Below, piece after piece: positions 48,603-58,260 of a stretch of 64,000 nucleotides of DNA. The notes below the pieces were generated by a model. The model was not told the origin of the DNA and did not search any database. It was given only the letters and a program-made list of their open reading frames with translations. Made by a program: the position numbers and the translations under genes. The stretch is from Patescibacteria group bacterium. Lineage in GTDB: Bacteria; Patescibacteriota; Microgenomatia; UBA1400; MFAQ01. The stretch lies in NCBI GenBank assembly GCA_943355005.1, contig CALRDV010000001.1, positions 15,410 to 79,409 of the forward strand. Reading direction: 5' to 3'. Each line of letters starts with the position of its first letter. The stretch's first letter is position 1.

Positions 48603-48914
48603 ATGACAGACCAACCACGCATTCGCGTCAAGCTAAAATCATTTGACCATCGTGTCATTGACGAGGCCGCCAAGAAAATTATTCAGGCCGCATTGGTCTC
48701 AGGCGCCCAGGTGGTTGGTCCTGTCCCATTGCCAACAAAGAAGAAGGTTATCATTGTGACGGCTTCGCCTCACACCGATAAAGATTCTCGTGAACAATTC
48801 GCCATTCTTACACACAAGAGGTTGATTGATATCGTTAATCCAACTAACAAAACCATTGACTCACTTCAGCATCTGGATCTTCCTGCCGGTGTCGGCATCG
48901 AGATTAAGATGTAA
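48603..48914 (+). CDS. rpsJ: 30S ribosomal protein S10
   Basis: [14 protein letters not shown]... 103 aa. Confidence 0.95.
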   Translation: MTDQPRIRVKLKSFDHRVIDEAAKKIIQAALVSGAQVVGPVPLPTKKKVIIVTASPHTDKDSREQFAILTHKRLIDIVNPTNKTIDSLQHLDLPAGVGIEIKM

Positions 48915-49092
48915 TTTATGTCGAAAACTTTAAATTATTAAAAAACTGCCCTACCGATTTTCGATAACTCGAATTTCGCAAGGCATTTTTTATAGGGATA
49001 AACCCCTTTATTAACAAGCGAAGCGAGAGAAGTGAAAAAACAAATTTTCATTTCCGAGCAAGCGAAGTAAATACAAAGTATTAAAAAACAAC

Positions 49093-49656
49093 ATGTTAAA
49101 TCAAGTATACGCAAACAAAAAGAGCATGACTCAAGCCTTCGTCCAAGGCAAGCGGATCCCCTTGACCGTCCTCACGGTTTCTCCTCACGTGGTCGTTACC
49201 AACAAAACCGTCGATAGAGATGGCTACTCCGCTGTAGTACTTTCTGTTGGCCCCAAAAAACTTCACGAGGTTCTTACCGAAGAAGTTTTAGATCCAAAAT
49301 CAGAAATAAATCTTTCCGAACTTTTGGTTCCAGGCACCATCATTGACGCCATGTCCAAATCCAAAGGTAAAGGTACGTCCGGTGTTATGAAACGCTGGGG
49401 TTTCTCAGGTGGTCCTCGTACTCATGGTCAGTCCGACAGAGGCCGTGCTCCTGGTTCCATTGGTAGAGGTACTACTCCGGGTCGTGTTCTTCCCGGTAAA
49501 CACATGGCAGGTCGCATGGGAAACGCCAACACTTACATCAAAAATCTTAAAGTTCATTCCTACGATCCAGCTACCGGCATTCTTCAAATCACCGGATGCA
49601 TCCCTGGTGGACGCAATGCTGTTACTTTGATTACCATCAGTAAGCTCAATAAATAA
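49093..49656 (+). CDS. rplC: 50S ribosomal protein L3
   Basis: Position and conserved ...GKGTSGVMKRWGFSGGPRTHGQS.... 178-bp spacer after rpsJ. Confidence 0.93.
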   Translation: MLNQVYANKKSMTQAFVQGKRIPLTVLTVSPHVVVTNKTVDRDGYSAVVLSVGPKKLHEVLTEEVLDPKSEINLSELLVPGTIIDAMSKSKGKGTSGVMKRWGFSGGPRTHGQSDRGRAPGSIGRGTTPGRVLPGKHMAGRMGNANTYIKNLKVHSYDPATGILQITGCIPGGRNAVTLITISKLNK

Positions 49657-49657
49657 T

Positions 49658-50257
49658 ATGGCTACCAAAAAAGTAACAACCACTACCACTCAGGATCTCT
49701 CCGTCTTCAATATCGAAGTCAGTCCTTCTTTAATTGCTCAAGCTATTCATGTCTATCAGGAAAACGCCCACCGTGGAGTTTCCAAAGTTAAGACTCGAGG
49801 CGAGATCAACAAGACCAAGAAAAAAGTTTACAAACAAAAAGGTACCGGTGGCGCCCGCCACGGTGCTCGCTCCGCCCCGATTTACGTTGGTGGAGGTGTT
49901 GTGTTTGGACCATCCGGTATCAAATCTGCTCCTAAATCCTTAAATCAAAAGATGAAAGTGAAAGCTTTAATCGGCACTCTTTCTCTCTATCAGAAAGAAA
50001 ATCGTTTGGCCATGGTCGACACTTCCGAGATCAAAGACATGTCCACTAAATCTGCTTTGAAAGTTCTAGGAAAAGAAAACTCCGCCTTTGTTTACTACTC
50101 CGAGTCCCCAGACTTCTTAAAAGCTATCAGCAATCTTGAAAATGTTATCTTACTTTCTGCCAGAAGACTCAATGCCTTCAGTGTAGCCAGTTCACCAAAG
50201 CTTTTCTTGACTTCATCTGCTTACGAACATTTAGTAAGTCGCCTAAAACTCAAATAA
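49658..50257 (+). CDS. rplD: 50S ribosomal protein L4
   Basis: ...KGTGGARHGARSAPIYVGGGVVFGP... Confidence 0.93.
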   Translation: MATKKVTTTTTQDLSVFNIEVSPSLIAQAIHVYQENAHRGVSKVKTRGEINKTKKKVYKQKGTGGARHGARSAPIYVGGGVVFGPSGIKSAPKSLNQKMKVKALIGTLSLYQKENRLAMVDTSEIKDMSTKSALKVLGKENSAFVYYSESPDFLKAISNLENVILLSARRLNAFSVASSPKLFLTSSAYEHLVSRLKLK

Positions 50258-50258
50258 C

Positions 50259-50567
50259 ATGTCTACACCATTAATCCACCAAAACACCATCATCAAGCCG
50301 GTCGTCACCGAAAAAAGTTATGCCTTGGCTGCTATGGATAAATATGTTTTTCAAGTTGCTCCTTCGGCCAGCAAATATCAAATCAAGAAGGCTATCCAAG
50401 ATCTTTTTAAAGTTGACGTCCTTTCTATCAACACTATCAAGCATGCCGCACGTAAGATTCGTTCGACCAAGACTGGTCGTCACATCACTTTACCTGTCAG
50501 CAAAAAAGCGATCGTTCACATCAAAAAGGGTCAAAAAATTGAAATTTTTAACGCTCTGAAAGCATAA
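50259..50567 (+). CDS. rplW: 50S ribosomal protein L23
   Basis: IIKPVVTEKSY...YVFQVAPSASKYQIKKAIQDLFKVDV. Confidence 0.93.
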   Translation: MSTPLIHQNTIIKPVVTEKSYALAAMDKYVFQVAPSASKYQIKKAIQDLFKVDVLSINTIKHAARKIRSTKTGRHITLPVSKKAIVHIKKGQKIEIFNALKA

Positions 50568-50572
50568 TCACT

Positions 50573-51328
50573 ATGAAAACTACACCTAAACGACTCTTAT
50601 CTCACAATCCAAAGTCCTCAGGACGCAACTTTTCTGGTAAAATAACGGTTCGACATCAAGGTGGCCGCGAGAAGAGATTTCTCCGTCACATCGATTGGAA
50701 ACGTAGCTCAGCTCTCACTGCCAAGGTTGACTCTATTCAGTACGATCCCAATCGTACCGCCGATATTGCCCTTTTAGTCTACGCCAATGGAGTCAAGGAT
50801 TTTATCCTCGCCCCACAAAATTTGAAAGTTGGAGATGTTATTGTTTCTTCGGAAACTGCCGAAATTAAAATCGGTAACTGTCTTCCTCTCAAAAATATTC
50901 CTATCGGCATTGAAATTCACAACTTGGAAATCACTCCCGGAAAAGGAGCTCAGATGGTTCGCAGTGCCGGCAATACCGCTACTGTCCAAAGTAAAGAAGG
51001 TAACGTTGTTATCGTCAAGCTTCCATCCGGCGAAATCCGTCAGTTCGACGGCAAATGCCGAGCCACCATTGGTGCCTTGAGTAATCCTCATCACAAAGAA
51101 GAAATTCTAGGAAAAGCAGGCCGCGCCCGTCACAAAGGTATTCGACCCACTGTTCGAGGTGTCGCTCAGGATCCACGTTCACACCCACACGGTGGTGGAG
51201 AAGGTCGTTCCGGTATTGGTATGAAATCACCGAAATCTCCTTGGGGTAAACGCACTCTCGGTAAGCGTACTCGAGATCGCAAAAAATACAGTAATAAAAC
51301 TATTATCAAACACCGTTACGCAAAATAA
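50573..51328 (+). CDS. rplB: 50S ribosomal protein L2
   Basis: ...RGVAQDPRSHPHGGGEGRSGIG... Confidence 0.95.
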   Translation: MKTTPKRLLSHNPKSSGRNFSGKITVRHQGGREKRFLRHIDWKRSSALTAKVDSIQYDPNRTADIALLVYANGVKDFILAPQNLKVGDVIVSSETAEIKIGNCLPLKNIPIGIEIHNLEITPGKGAQMVRSAGNTATVQSKEGNVVIVKLPSGEIRQFDGKCRATIGALSNPHHKEEILGKAGRARHKGIRPTVRGVAQDPRSHPHGGGEGRSGIGMKSPKSPWGKRTLGKRTRDRKKYSNKTIIKHRYAK

Positions 51329-51343
51329 TTTAATTAAATCATC

Positions 51344-51628
51344 ATGTCCAGAAGTTCAATCAAAGGACCATACGTCTACGAGAAGCTCATCGCTAAGATC
51401 GAGAAGCTCAAGGCTGCCGGTAAAAAAGAACCCATCAAAACTTGGGCTCGTAACAGTCAAATTCCCCCGGAATTTGTTGGCTACACTTTCGCTATTCACA
51501 ATGGCAAAGTCTTTAAAGAAGTTTTTATTACCGAAGACATGGTTGGTCACCGCTTGGGAGAGTTTTCCCTTACCCGCACCTTCCGTGGACATGGACGTAT
51601 CGTTAAGAGAACTCTAACCAAAACCTAA
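51344..51628 (+). CDS. rpsS: 30S ribosomal protein S19
   Basis: [11 protein letters not shown]...[33 protein letters not shown]. Confidence 0.95.
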   Translation: MSRSSIKGPYVYEKLIAKIEKLKAAGKKEPIKTWARNSQIPPEFVGYTFAIHNGKVFKEVFITEDMVGHRLGEFSLTRTFRGHGRIVKRTLTKT

Positions 51629-51634
51629 AGCACT

Positions 51635-52078
51635 ATGGCCACTAAAAACACAAAACAACTCGTCATCGCCAAAGCTCAACACGTTCTTTCTTCACCGAGA
51701 AAAACGAACTTGGTTCTCAAAGCCATTGTTGGCCGTAATGCTCAATTGGCCATCAAACAGCTCACTGTTACTTCCAAAAGAGCTGCCAAGCCTATCATTC
51801 AATTGATTAAGCAAGCCATTGGTAATGCTGTTTCACAGTTCCAAGCTTCACCCGACAAACTAATTATTGATTCCGCTTTTGCTACCAAAGGTCGTGTTCT
51901 CAAACGCGCTCACATCGGAGGTCGAGGCAAAACCAAACCTTACGAAAGAACCACTTCTCATTTAACCCTCACTGTCCGCATTCCAGCTGCTAAGGTCGTC
52001 GCTCTCCCGAAACCTGCTGAGGCCAAAGTTGAAGAAGTCGCTAAAAAAGTTGTCAAAACTACCAAAAAATCTAAATAA
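51635..52078 (+). CDS. rplV: 50S ribosomal protein L22 with ~35-aa Lys/Ala-rich C-terminal extension
   Basis: ...SPRKTNLVLKAIVGRNAQLAIKQL... 147 aa vs ~110 typical. Confidence 0.9.
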   Translation: MATKNTKQLVIAKAQHVLSSPRKTNLVLKAIVGRNAQLAIKQLTVTSKRAAKPIIQLIKQAIGNAVSQFQASPDKLIIDSAFATKGRVLKRAHIGGRGKTKPYERTTSHLTLTVRIPAAKVVALPKPAEAKVEEVAKKVVKTTKKSK

Positions 52079-52080
52079 TC

Positions 52081-52734
52081 ATGGGAAAAAAAGTCAATCC
52101 AATAGCCTTCAGAACCGGTTACATCTTCCCAACCAAGTCAATCTGGTTTGCGAATTTCAGAACCTACGCTAAGTTTGTCCTCGAGGACAATACTATTCGA
52201 CGTTTCTTGGAGAACAAGCTAAAACTTGCCGGTATTACCAGTATTGAGATCAAACGCTCCATCAATTCTGTTGATATCTTTATGAACGTTTCCCGTCCCG
52301 GTGTTGTCATCGGTCGAGGTGGTTCTTCACTTGAAATACTCAAAAAAGATCTTGAAAAATTACTCAAAATTAATCCTAAGGCCAAAAACGCCGTCAAGAT
52401 TAATCTTCACCCCCTAGAAATCAAGAATCCCGAAATGAACTCCGCCATTATCGCCGATCGTCTCGCCGGTCAGCTCGAACACCGTTATCCTTTCCGCCGC
52501 GCTGCCAACCAGGCTATCGAAAAAGTCATGGCTGCCGGAGCCAAGGGTGTCAAACTCGTCTTCGCCGGTCGTATTGATGGAGCCGAAATTGCCAGAGTTG
52601 AAAAATTCAAACAAGGTCGAATCCCTACTCAAACATTACGCGCCAACATTGACTACGTCGAGAAGAGAGCTCTTACTCGCTCAGGCTATGTCGGTATTAA
52701 AGTTTGGATTTATTCAGGCGATATCATCAGTTAA
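52081..52734 (+). CDS. rpsC: 30S ribosomal protein S3
   Basis: MGKKVNPIAFR... KH domain ...VVIGRGGSSLEIL... Confidence 0.95.
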   Translation: MGKKVNPIAFRTGYIFPTKSIWFANFRTYAKFVLEDNTIRRFLENKLKLAGITSIEIKRSINSVDIFMNVSRPGVVIGRGGSSLEILKKDLEKLLKINPKAKNAVKINLHPLEIKNPEMNSAIIADRLAGQLEHRYPFRRAANQAIEKVMAAGAKGVKLVFAGRIDGAEIARVEKFKQGRIPTQTLRANIDYVEKRALTRSGYVGIKVWIYSGDIIS

Positions 52735-52755
52735 TCCAAAAAATACAAAAAGAAT

Positions 52756-53169
52756 ATGTTACAACCAGCTAGACGCAAATATAGAAAAGAATTTAGAGGT
52801 AGTATGGGTGGAGTTGCTACTCGCACCAACGAGCTTTCTTATGGAGAATTCGGCATCAAAACCCTAGAGAGTGGTTGGCTTTCCGCCAACGAAATTGAAT
52901 CCGCCCGTCGTACTATTACTCACCACACGAAACGTGTCGGAAAATTCTTCTTAAGAGTCTTCCCTCACAAGCCAATTGGTCACAAGACCCCTGGTGCTCG
53001 TATGGGTTCGGGCAAATCCGACGTCAGTGGTTACGTAGCGGTTGCCAAACCGGGTCAAATTCTCATGGAGCTCTCAGGAGTTACTAGAGAAGTCGCCATG
53101 GAAGCCATTCGTTTAGCTGGACACAAACTCTCTGTTAAAACTAAGTTTATCGAAAAAGAAAATGCCTAA
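52756..53169 (+). CDS. rplP: 50S ribosomal protein L16
   Basis: MLQPARRKYRKEFRG...FPHKPIGHKTPGARMGSGKS. Confidence 0.95.
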   Translation: MLQPARRKYRKEFRGSMGGVATRTNELSYGEFGIKTLESGWLSANEIESARRTITHHTKRVGKFFLRVFPHKPIGHKTPGARMGSGKSDVSGYVAVAKPGQILMELSGVTREVAMEAIRLAGHKLSVKTKFIEKENA

Positions 53170-53323
53170 AACAAAAACCACCGAAAACACCTTGACTCTT
53201 GATGAGTTAAAAATTAAATTGTCCAACATAAAGTTAAATATCCGTTCCGGACAAGAAAAAAATACCAACGCTCATAAGCAGACCAAAGTTCAAATTGCTC
53301 AATTGTTAAGCAAAACCAAATAA
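53162..53323 (+). CDS. rpmC: 50S ribosomal protein L29 (53 aa, below the ORF-track size cut-off)
   Basis: ATG at 53162 overlapping the rplP stop. MPKTKTTENTLTLDELKIKLSNIKLNIRSGQEKNTNAHKQTKVQIAQLLSKTK. Canonical position between L16 and S17. Confidence 0.8.
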   Translation: MPKTKTTENTLTLDELKIKLSNIKLNIRSGQEKNTNAHKQTKVQIAQLLSKTK

Positions 53324-53324
53324 T

Positions 53325-53549
53325 ATGAAACACCTACTCGGAACAGTCAAAAGTGACAAAAATCTAAAAACAGCGATCGTCGATGTCATTAGTTTTAAAG
53401 TTCACCCTAAATATCTCAAGAGAACCAAGGTCAACAAATCTTTTGCTGCTCACAACGAACTAGGTGCCAAAGTTGGTAACCGCGTCCGCATCGAAGAAAC
53501 CCGACCAATTAGCAAAACCAAACGCTGGATAATCACAAAAATAATATGA
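53325..53549 (+). CDS. rpsQ: 30S ribosomal protein S17
   Basis: [18 protein letters not shown]...[27 protein letters not shown]. Confidence 0.95.
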   Translation: MKHLLGTVKSDKNLKTAIVDVISFKVHPKYLKRTKVNKSFAAHNELGAKVGNRVRIEETRPISKTKRWIITKII

Positions 53550-53920
53550 TACAACTACGATCCGTCCTAAAAGTAGCCGATAATTCCGGTGCCAAATTGA
53601 TCAAAGTCATTCTTGTTCATGGTGGTTCACGCCGCCGTTTTGGATACATCGGTGACATCGTCACTGCCGCCGTTGAAGGTTCAGATGCCAGTGGTGCTGT
53701 AAAAGACAAGCAAGTTGTCAAAGCTGTCATCGTCCGTACTCGCAAAGAAACCCGCCGCGACGATGGTACCTACGTCCGTTTCGATGACAATGCTGCCGTT
53801 ATTATTGATTCCATCGCTGGTAAGCAGCCTTTGGGTACTCGTATCTTCGGACCTGTCGCTCGTGAGGTCAAAGATGCCGGGTTTGCCAAAATCGCTTCAT
53901 TAGCACCAGAAGTGGTATAA
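53546..53920 (+). CDS. rplN: 50S ribosomal protein L14
   Basis: [17 protein letters not shown]... ATGA overlap with rpsQ. Confidence 0.95.
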   Translation: MIQLRSVLKVADNSGAKLIKVILVHGGSRRRFGYIGDIVTAAVEGSDASGAVKDKQVVKAVIVRTRKETRRDDGTYVRFDDNAAVIIDSIAGKQPLGTRIFGPVAREVKDAGFAKIASLAPEVV

Positions 53921-53930
53921 CAACAACCTT

Positions 53931-53964
53931 GTCATTCCCGACCTGATCGGGAATCTATATAAAT
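53931..53964 (+). repeat. Hairpin repeat GTCATTCCCGACCTGATCGGGAATC + TATATAAAT inside the spc operon, 20 bp upstream of rplX
   Basis: Identical core. Confidence 0.9.
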
Positions 53965-53974
53965 AAAAAAGACC

Positions 53975-54298
53975 ATGTTTAAATTTAAAACCAACGACAC
54001 AGTTCAAATCACCGCCGGCAAAGACAAAGGTCGTACAGGTAAGGTCATCAAAGTCCTTCCAGCCGATCAAAAAGTCTTAGTCGAAGGTATTAACCTGTAC
54101 AAAAAACACATCAAGCCCAAAGGCAATGAGCCCGGCACCATTTTGACTCTCCCCAGAGCCATTTCCGTCGCCTCCATCGCTCTCGTTTGCCCCTCATGTG
54201 GCAAGCCCACCCGCGTCGGCTTTGATGCATCCCAGACCCCTAAAGTTAGAGTCTGTCACAAATGTCGCCAGATTATCAGTTCTGTATCCACAAAATGA
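53975..54298 (+). CDS. rplX: 50S ribosomal protein L24 with C-terminal 4-Cys (zinc-ribbon-like) segment
   Basis: KFKTNDTVQITAGKDKGRTGKV (KOW), then CPSCGKPTRVGFDASQTPKVRVCHKCRQ. Confidence 0.9.
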   Translation: MFKFKTNDTVQITAGKDKGRTGKVIKVLPADQKVLVEGINLYKKHIKPKGNEPGTILTLPRAISVASIALVCPSCGKPTRVGFDASQTPKVRVCHKCRQIISSVSTK

Positions 54299-54849
54299 CA
54301 CAAACTCTTAAAGAAAAATATCTAAAAGAAATTCGACCTACTCTTCAAAAAGAGTTGAAGATCGATTCTGTAATGGCCGTTCCAAAAATTGAAAAAATTA
54401 CGGTGAACACCAGTTCCCGAGATTTCAAAACCGATAAGGAACTATTAGCGAAGACTAAGGCCTGGTTAGCTACCATCACCGGTCAAGCTCCTTTAGAGAC
54501 CAAGTCTCGTTCCAGTATCGCCGCTTTTAATCTTCGAGAAGGTGAAGTTGTCGGTCTCAAAGTCACTTTGAGAGGCAATCGTATGTACGATTTTCTTCAG
54601 AAATTAACCTCTATCGTCTTACCTCGTCTTAAAGATTTTCAGGGCGTCTCCCGCACTACTTTCGATAAGAATGGTAATTACACCCTCGGTTTCCCCGAAC
54701 AAATAGTGTTTCCTGAAGTGGAATATGATAAAATCGGGAGGATTCAAGGGCTGGAGATAACTATTTCTACGAGCGCGAAGGATCCTCAAACATCGTTTAA
54801 ACTTCTCTTGGCTCTAGGCATGCCTTTTACCAAAGAAGAAACCAAGTAA
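54295..54849 (+). CDS. rplE: 50S ribosomal protein L5
   Basis: MTQTLKEKYLKEIRPTLQKEL... ATGA overlap with rplX. The upstream extension of the ORF track is discarded. Confidence 0.93.
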   Translation: MTQTLKEKYLKEIRPTLQKELKIDSVMAVPKIEKITVNTSSRDFKTDKELLAKTKAWLATITGQAPLETKSRSSIAAFNLREGEVVGLKVTLRGNRMYDFLQKLTSIVLPRLKDFQGVSRTTFDKNGNYTLGFPEQIVFPEVEYDKIGRIQGLEITISTSAKDPQTSFKLLLALGMPFTKEETK

Positions 54850-54855
54850 CAACTA

Positions 54856-55041
54856 ATGGCCAAAAAAAGCAAAATCGCTAAATCATTAAAACTCAAAGGT
54901 CACTCGACCAGAGATCATCGTCGATGCCAGTTATGTGGCCGCCCTCGTGGCGTCATCCGCATTTTTGGACTCTGTCGTCTCTGCTTCCGGGAAATGGCTC
55001 ACAGGGGAGAACTCCCAGGTGTATTTAAAATGTCAAAATAA
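54856..55041 (+). CDS. rpsN: 30S ribosomal protein S14, zinc-binding type Z (61 aa)
   Basis: [20 protein letters not shown]. Confidence 0.95.
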   Translation: MAKKSKIAKSLKLKGHSTRDHRRCQLCGRPRGVIRIFGLCRLCFREMAHRGELPGVFKMSK

Positions 55042-55042
55042 T

Positions 55043-55432
55043 ATGGATACTACAGCAGACTTTCTAACCATCATCAGAAACGGCTACATGGCCAAAAAAG
55101 ATACCGTTACCGTTGATTCTTCCAAGATGAGACTTGAATTGGTTAAGATTTTAAAATCCGAAGCCTTCATCCAAGATTACACTATCGAAGAAGCCAAGCC
55201 GGTCAACAAAATCACGATTACTCTTCGTTATTTCGAAAAAGGTCTCGCTGCTGTCACCGGCATCAAGAAAGTCAGTAAATCCAGTGTCCGCATTTATTCT
55301 GCACACAACGAAATCCCTAAGGTTCTATCCGGAGCCGGTACGACAATTATTTCTACTTCCGCTGGTCTTATGACCGGCAAAGCCGCTCGAGAGAAACATC
55401 TCGGAGGCGAAGTTATCTGCCAAATTTGGTAA
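55043..55432 (+). CDS. rpsH: 30S ribosomal protein S8
   Basis: MDTTADFLTIIRNGYMAKKDTV... Start at ATG 55043. Confidence 0.93.
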   Translation: MDTTADFLTIIRNGYMAKKDTVTVDSSKMRLELVKILKSEAFIQDYTIEEAKPVNKITITLRYFEKGLAAVTGIKKVSKSSVRIYSAHNEIPKVLSGAGTTIISTSAGLMTGKAAREKHLGGEVICQIW

Positions 55433-55439
55433 AAAACAT

Positions 55440-55988
55440 ATGAGCCGCATTGGACGCAAACCGCTACATCTACCAACTTCCGTAACTTTCGAGAAAACGG
55501 AAACCACTTTGAAGTTCACTGGACCTAAGGGTACTTTGGAATCAGTTCTTCCTAAAGGAATTGAGATTGAAGTCAAAGACAATGTCATCAGCTTTACCCG
55601 AACCAGCGACGTTCCCTCTGTTCGAGCTCTTCATGGTCTCGCTCGACGCTTGGCACAGAACGCCATTACCGGTGTCACTGAAGGCTTTACCAAAGATTTA
55701 CAGCTTGTAGGTACCGGTTATCGCGTGGCTCCACATGCCGACGGTCTTTCACTTTCGGTTGGCTATTCTCACCCCGTCATCTTCAAAAAAGTTCCCGGAG
55801 TAACCATTACCACTGAAGGTCAAGATAAAATCAAAATCACAGGTATAGACAAACAGCTCGTCGGCCAAGTTTCCGCCAACATCCGCGCCGTCAGAAAACC
55901 TGAACCTTACAAAGGCAAAGGTATCCGCTATTCAGACGAAGTCATCCTTAAGAAACAAGGTAAGACTGCTACTAAGACTGCCGCCTAA
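55440..55988 (+). CDS. rplF: 50S ribosomal protein L6
   Basis: MSRIGRKPLHLPTSVTFEK... Confidence 0.95.
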   Translation: MSRIGRKPLHLPTSVTFEKTETTLKFTGPKGTLESVLPKGIEIEVKDNVISFTRTSDVPSVRALHGLARRLAQNAITGVTEGFTKDLQLVGTGYRVAPHADGLSLSVGYSHPVIFKKVPGVTITTEGQDKIKITGIDKQLVGQVSANIRAVRKPEPYKGKGIRYSDEVILKKQGKTATKTAA

Positions 55989-55993
55989 AACAT

Positions 55994-56338
55994 ATGAACA
56001 AATTTTTAACCGCCCAACAATCCAGAGCCAATCGCATTCGTGCTAAGCTTCTTGCTACCACGACAAGACCACGCTTAACTGTCGATCGTTCCAACTCCAA
56101 CATCTTTGCTCAAATCCTTGATCAAAGTGGCAAGGTCATTGTCGCTCTTGGTTCTCAAGGGATGAAAGATTTCAAAGGCACCAAAACTGAAATGGCAAGT
56201 GTCGTTGGTAAAAAGCTTGGCGAAATGGCAAAAGATAAAAAAGTTTCCACTGTCGTTTTCGATCGTGGTTCCTACCGTTTCCATGGCCGCGTCAAAGCTT
56301 TAGCTGAAGGCGTTCGCGAATCAGGCATTAAATTCTAA
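55994..56338 (+). CDS. rplR: 50S ribosomal protein L18
   Basis: ...RPRLTVDRSNSNIFAQILD... 114 aa. Confidence 0.93.
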   Translation: MNKFLTAQQSRANRIRAKLLATTTRPRLTVDRSNSNIFAQILDQSGKVIVALGSQGMKDFKGTKTEMASVVGKKLGEMAKDKKVSTVVFDRGSYRFHGRVKALAEGVRESGIKF

Positions 56339-56361
56339 TCACTAAACAAAAAACAAAAAAC

Positions 56362-56880
56362 ATGGCATACGCAGGTAACACAAATAATTCTAATAGAGGC
56401 GGCGGTCGACCGGCTCCCGAAGGTTTCGAGCAAGTTCTCGAGATTCGACGTGTGAGTAAGAAGACCCAAGGTGGTACAAATGTGTCATTCTCGGCTCTAG
56501 TTGTTACCGGAGACAAAAAAGGTAAAGTCGGTCTTGGTTTGGCCAAAGCCCCGAACGTTGCCGATGCTATCAAAAAAGCTATCCGTCTTAGTAATCGCGA
56601 TCTGGTCCAGGTTCCTTTAGTTGACGGTACCATTCCTTACGAAACTAAATCCAAATACGGCGCTTCCAAAGTTCTTTTCCGACCCGCTCCCAAAGGCACA
56701 GGCATCATTGCCGGTTCCTCAGTCCGAGCCGTCGTCGAAGCTGCCGGAGTTACCGACATTGTTTGTAAGGTTCTAGGAACCAACAATAAGACCAGTAACG
56801 CCCGTGCTACTTTCAAAGCCCTTAAACAAATCGAAGTTCTAGCCAAGAAATATCAAATGCTTAAAGCCGCCCGCGCTTAA
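56362..56880 (+). CDS. rpsE: 30S ribosomal protein S5
   Basis: ...EIRRVSKKTQGGTNVSFSALVVTGDKKGKVGLGLAKA... Confidence 0.95.
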   Translation: MAYAGNTNNSNRGGGRPAPEGFEQVLEIRRVSKKTQGGTNVSFSALVVTGDKKGKVGLGLAKAPNVADAIKKAIRLSNRDLVQVPLVDGTIPYETKSKYGASKVLFRPAPKGTGIIAGSSVRAVVEAAGVTDIVCKVLGTNNKTSNARATFKALKQIEVLAKKYQMLKAARA

Positions 56881-56894
56881 AACCAATAAAACCT

Positions 56895-57344
56895 ATGATG
56901 TTACTTTCAAACCTCCCCAAGCTTTCCAAAACCCCCAAGAAGAGACTCGGTCGTGGCTTCGGCTCCGGCGTCGGTGGTCACACTGTCGGTCGTGGTCAAA
57001 AAGGTCAAAAGACCCGTGGCGTCATGCCTCTTTGGTTCGAAGGTGGACAGCTCCCTTTGGTTCGACGTACTCCTTTCATCAAAGGTAAACACCGCTTCCA
57101 GGTCATCAAGCTCCAGCCCATTACCGTCAACTTCGATCGTTTGGACAAGTTTGAAGCCAATTCCGTCATTGATCCTCTTTTCTTAGCTACAGCCCTCAAG
57201 GTCAGCGAGAAAGAAGCCAAACGTGGCTTCAAGATCATCGCGACAGGTAAGCTCACCAAAGCCCTTCAGGTGGCCGTTCCAGCCTCTGCAGGCGCCATCA
57301 AAGCCATAGAAGCAGCCGGCGGCAAAGTCCTCACCTCCAAGTAA
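56895..57344 (+). CDS. rplO: 50S ribosomal protein L15 (no rpmD/L30 between rpsE and rplO)
   Basis: LSKTPKKRLGRGFGSGVGGHTVGRGQKGQKTRG. Confidence 0.95.
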   Translation: MMLLSNLPKLSKTPKKRLGRGFGSGVGGHTVGRGQKGQKTRGVMPLWFEGGQLPLVRRTPFIKGKHRFQVIKLQPITVNFDRLDKFEANSVIDPLFLATALKVSEKEAKRGFKIIATGKLTKALQVAVPASAGAIKAIEAAGGKVLTSK

Positions 57345-57396
57345 TTCTAAAAGGCTAGTTGAGCCTGTTTATAGTATTGAACTATAGGAAATTTTG

Positions 57397-57405
57397 TGAT
57401 ATAAT
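57397..57405 (+). promoter_or_regulatory. extended -10 TGaTATAAT (cassette B1 promoter)
   Basis: GTGATATAATCCACG. Same word as the island A promoter at 40498. Confidence 0.5.
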
Positions 57406-57451
57406 CCACGCATCGTTTAGAACGCCCACATTCACAAAAAAGGAGGGCATC

Positions 57452-58168
57452 ATGCCCAGTTATGTCGAAAAATTTCGCTTAGACCATCTAATATCCATGC
57501 TCAGACAGGCTCGTGGAGATATTTTTGCCATCATCTCGGCAATCGCCGAGTATGAGCTTTGGCACCAGGACTACCTTGAGCGCAATGCTCAGGCCGCTTC
57601 CGTACGGAAGCAGTATCTTCAAGGTTTCGAAGAAGATATGGCTCAGTTGACCCGTGCCGACTTTCAGCACCCCACGGCGGGGACTCACGCCGTAGATGGC
57701 CAATTGGCTGTTGGTGGAGAGTCTGAACTTGATGGGTTTGATCTTCTCCAGCCAATTAAGGGTGATCGTGTTCCGAATCCAGATTACCCGGAATCCTGCA
57801 GTATTGGGTCAGATGGATGGACGGCAGCTGCGTTTTCGGGGCGGACTCCTCGTATCGTCCCATTCGATTCCGAGAACGATGATGTGTGGGAGATGGAGGA
57901 GCCAGCTGAAGATGTAGATTGGGACGAGCTTGCCTTTGTCTTTAGGCAGGTTGGTTTCGACACAAGACAGCTGTACGGCATCACCAACATCTCTGATATC
58001 CATATCGATTATCATCGGCGCGGTCTCGCTGTACTCCCAAAGGGCGCACGTCACAATTCACCTCTCGGTCGCGAAACCTGGGAAGATCGGTTTGTCGCTG
58101 AGATACGTGAAAGCGCATCGAAAAACAACTGGCACCCCTGGCTGATCGGCACCAACTTGTTCGAATGA
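57452..58168 (+). CDS. cassette B1: hypothetical acidic protein (238 aa)
   Basis: SD AAGGAGGG 57440-57447, 4 nt before the ATG. The ORF-track N-extension is discarded. Confidence 0.6.
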   Translation: MPSYVEKFRLDHLISMLRQARGDIFAIISAIAEYELWHQDYLERNAQAASVRKQYLQGFEEDMAQLTRADFQHPTAGTHAVDGQLAVGGESELDGFDLLQPIKGDRVPNPDYPESCSIGSDGWTAAAFSGRTPRIVPFDSENDDVWEMEEPAEDVDWDELAFVFRQVGFDTRQLYGITNISDIHIDYHRRGLAVLPKGARHNSPLGRETWEDRFVAEIRESASKNNWHPWLIGTNLFE

Positions 58169-58175
58169 TCCCAAA

Positions 58176-58205
58176 CCACACCCTAACCGGTGTGGTTTTT
58201 ATTTT
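58176..58205 (+). terminator. Rho-independent terminator
   Basis: CCACACC-ctaacc-GGTGTGG-TTTTTATTTT. Followed by TATAAT (58211-58216) ATCCTAGAACATT. Confidence 0.8.
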
Positions 58206-58260
58206 AGTAGTATAATATCCTAGAACATTGTAATTCTATCTATTGCTTAGGAGGCAACTT

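Noticed and set aside
57450-58170. GC-content shift as evidence of foreign origin for island B
   Set aside because: By eye the island and neighbouring r-protein genes both sit near 50% GC. Only codon choice (AGG/CGG/GGG) and SD usage differ visibly. Needs computation.
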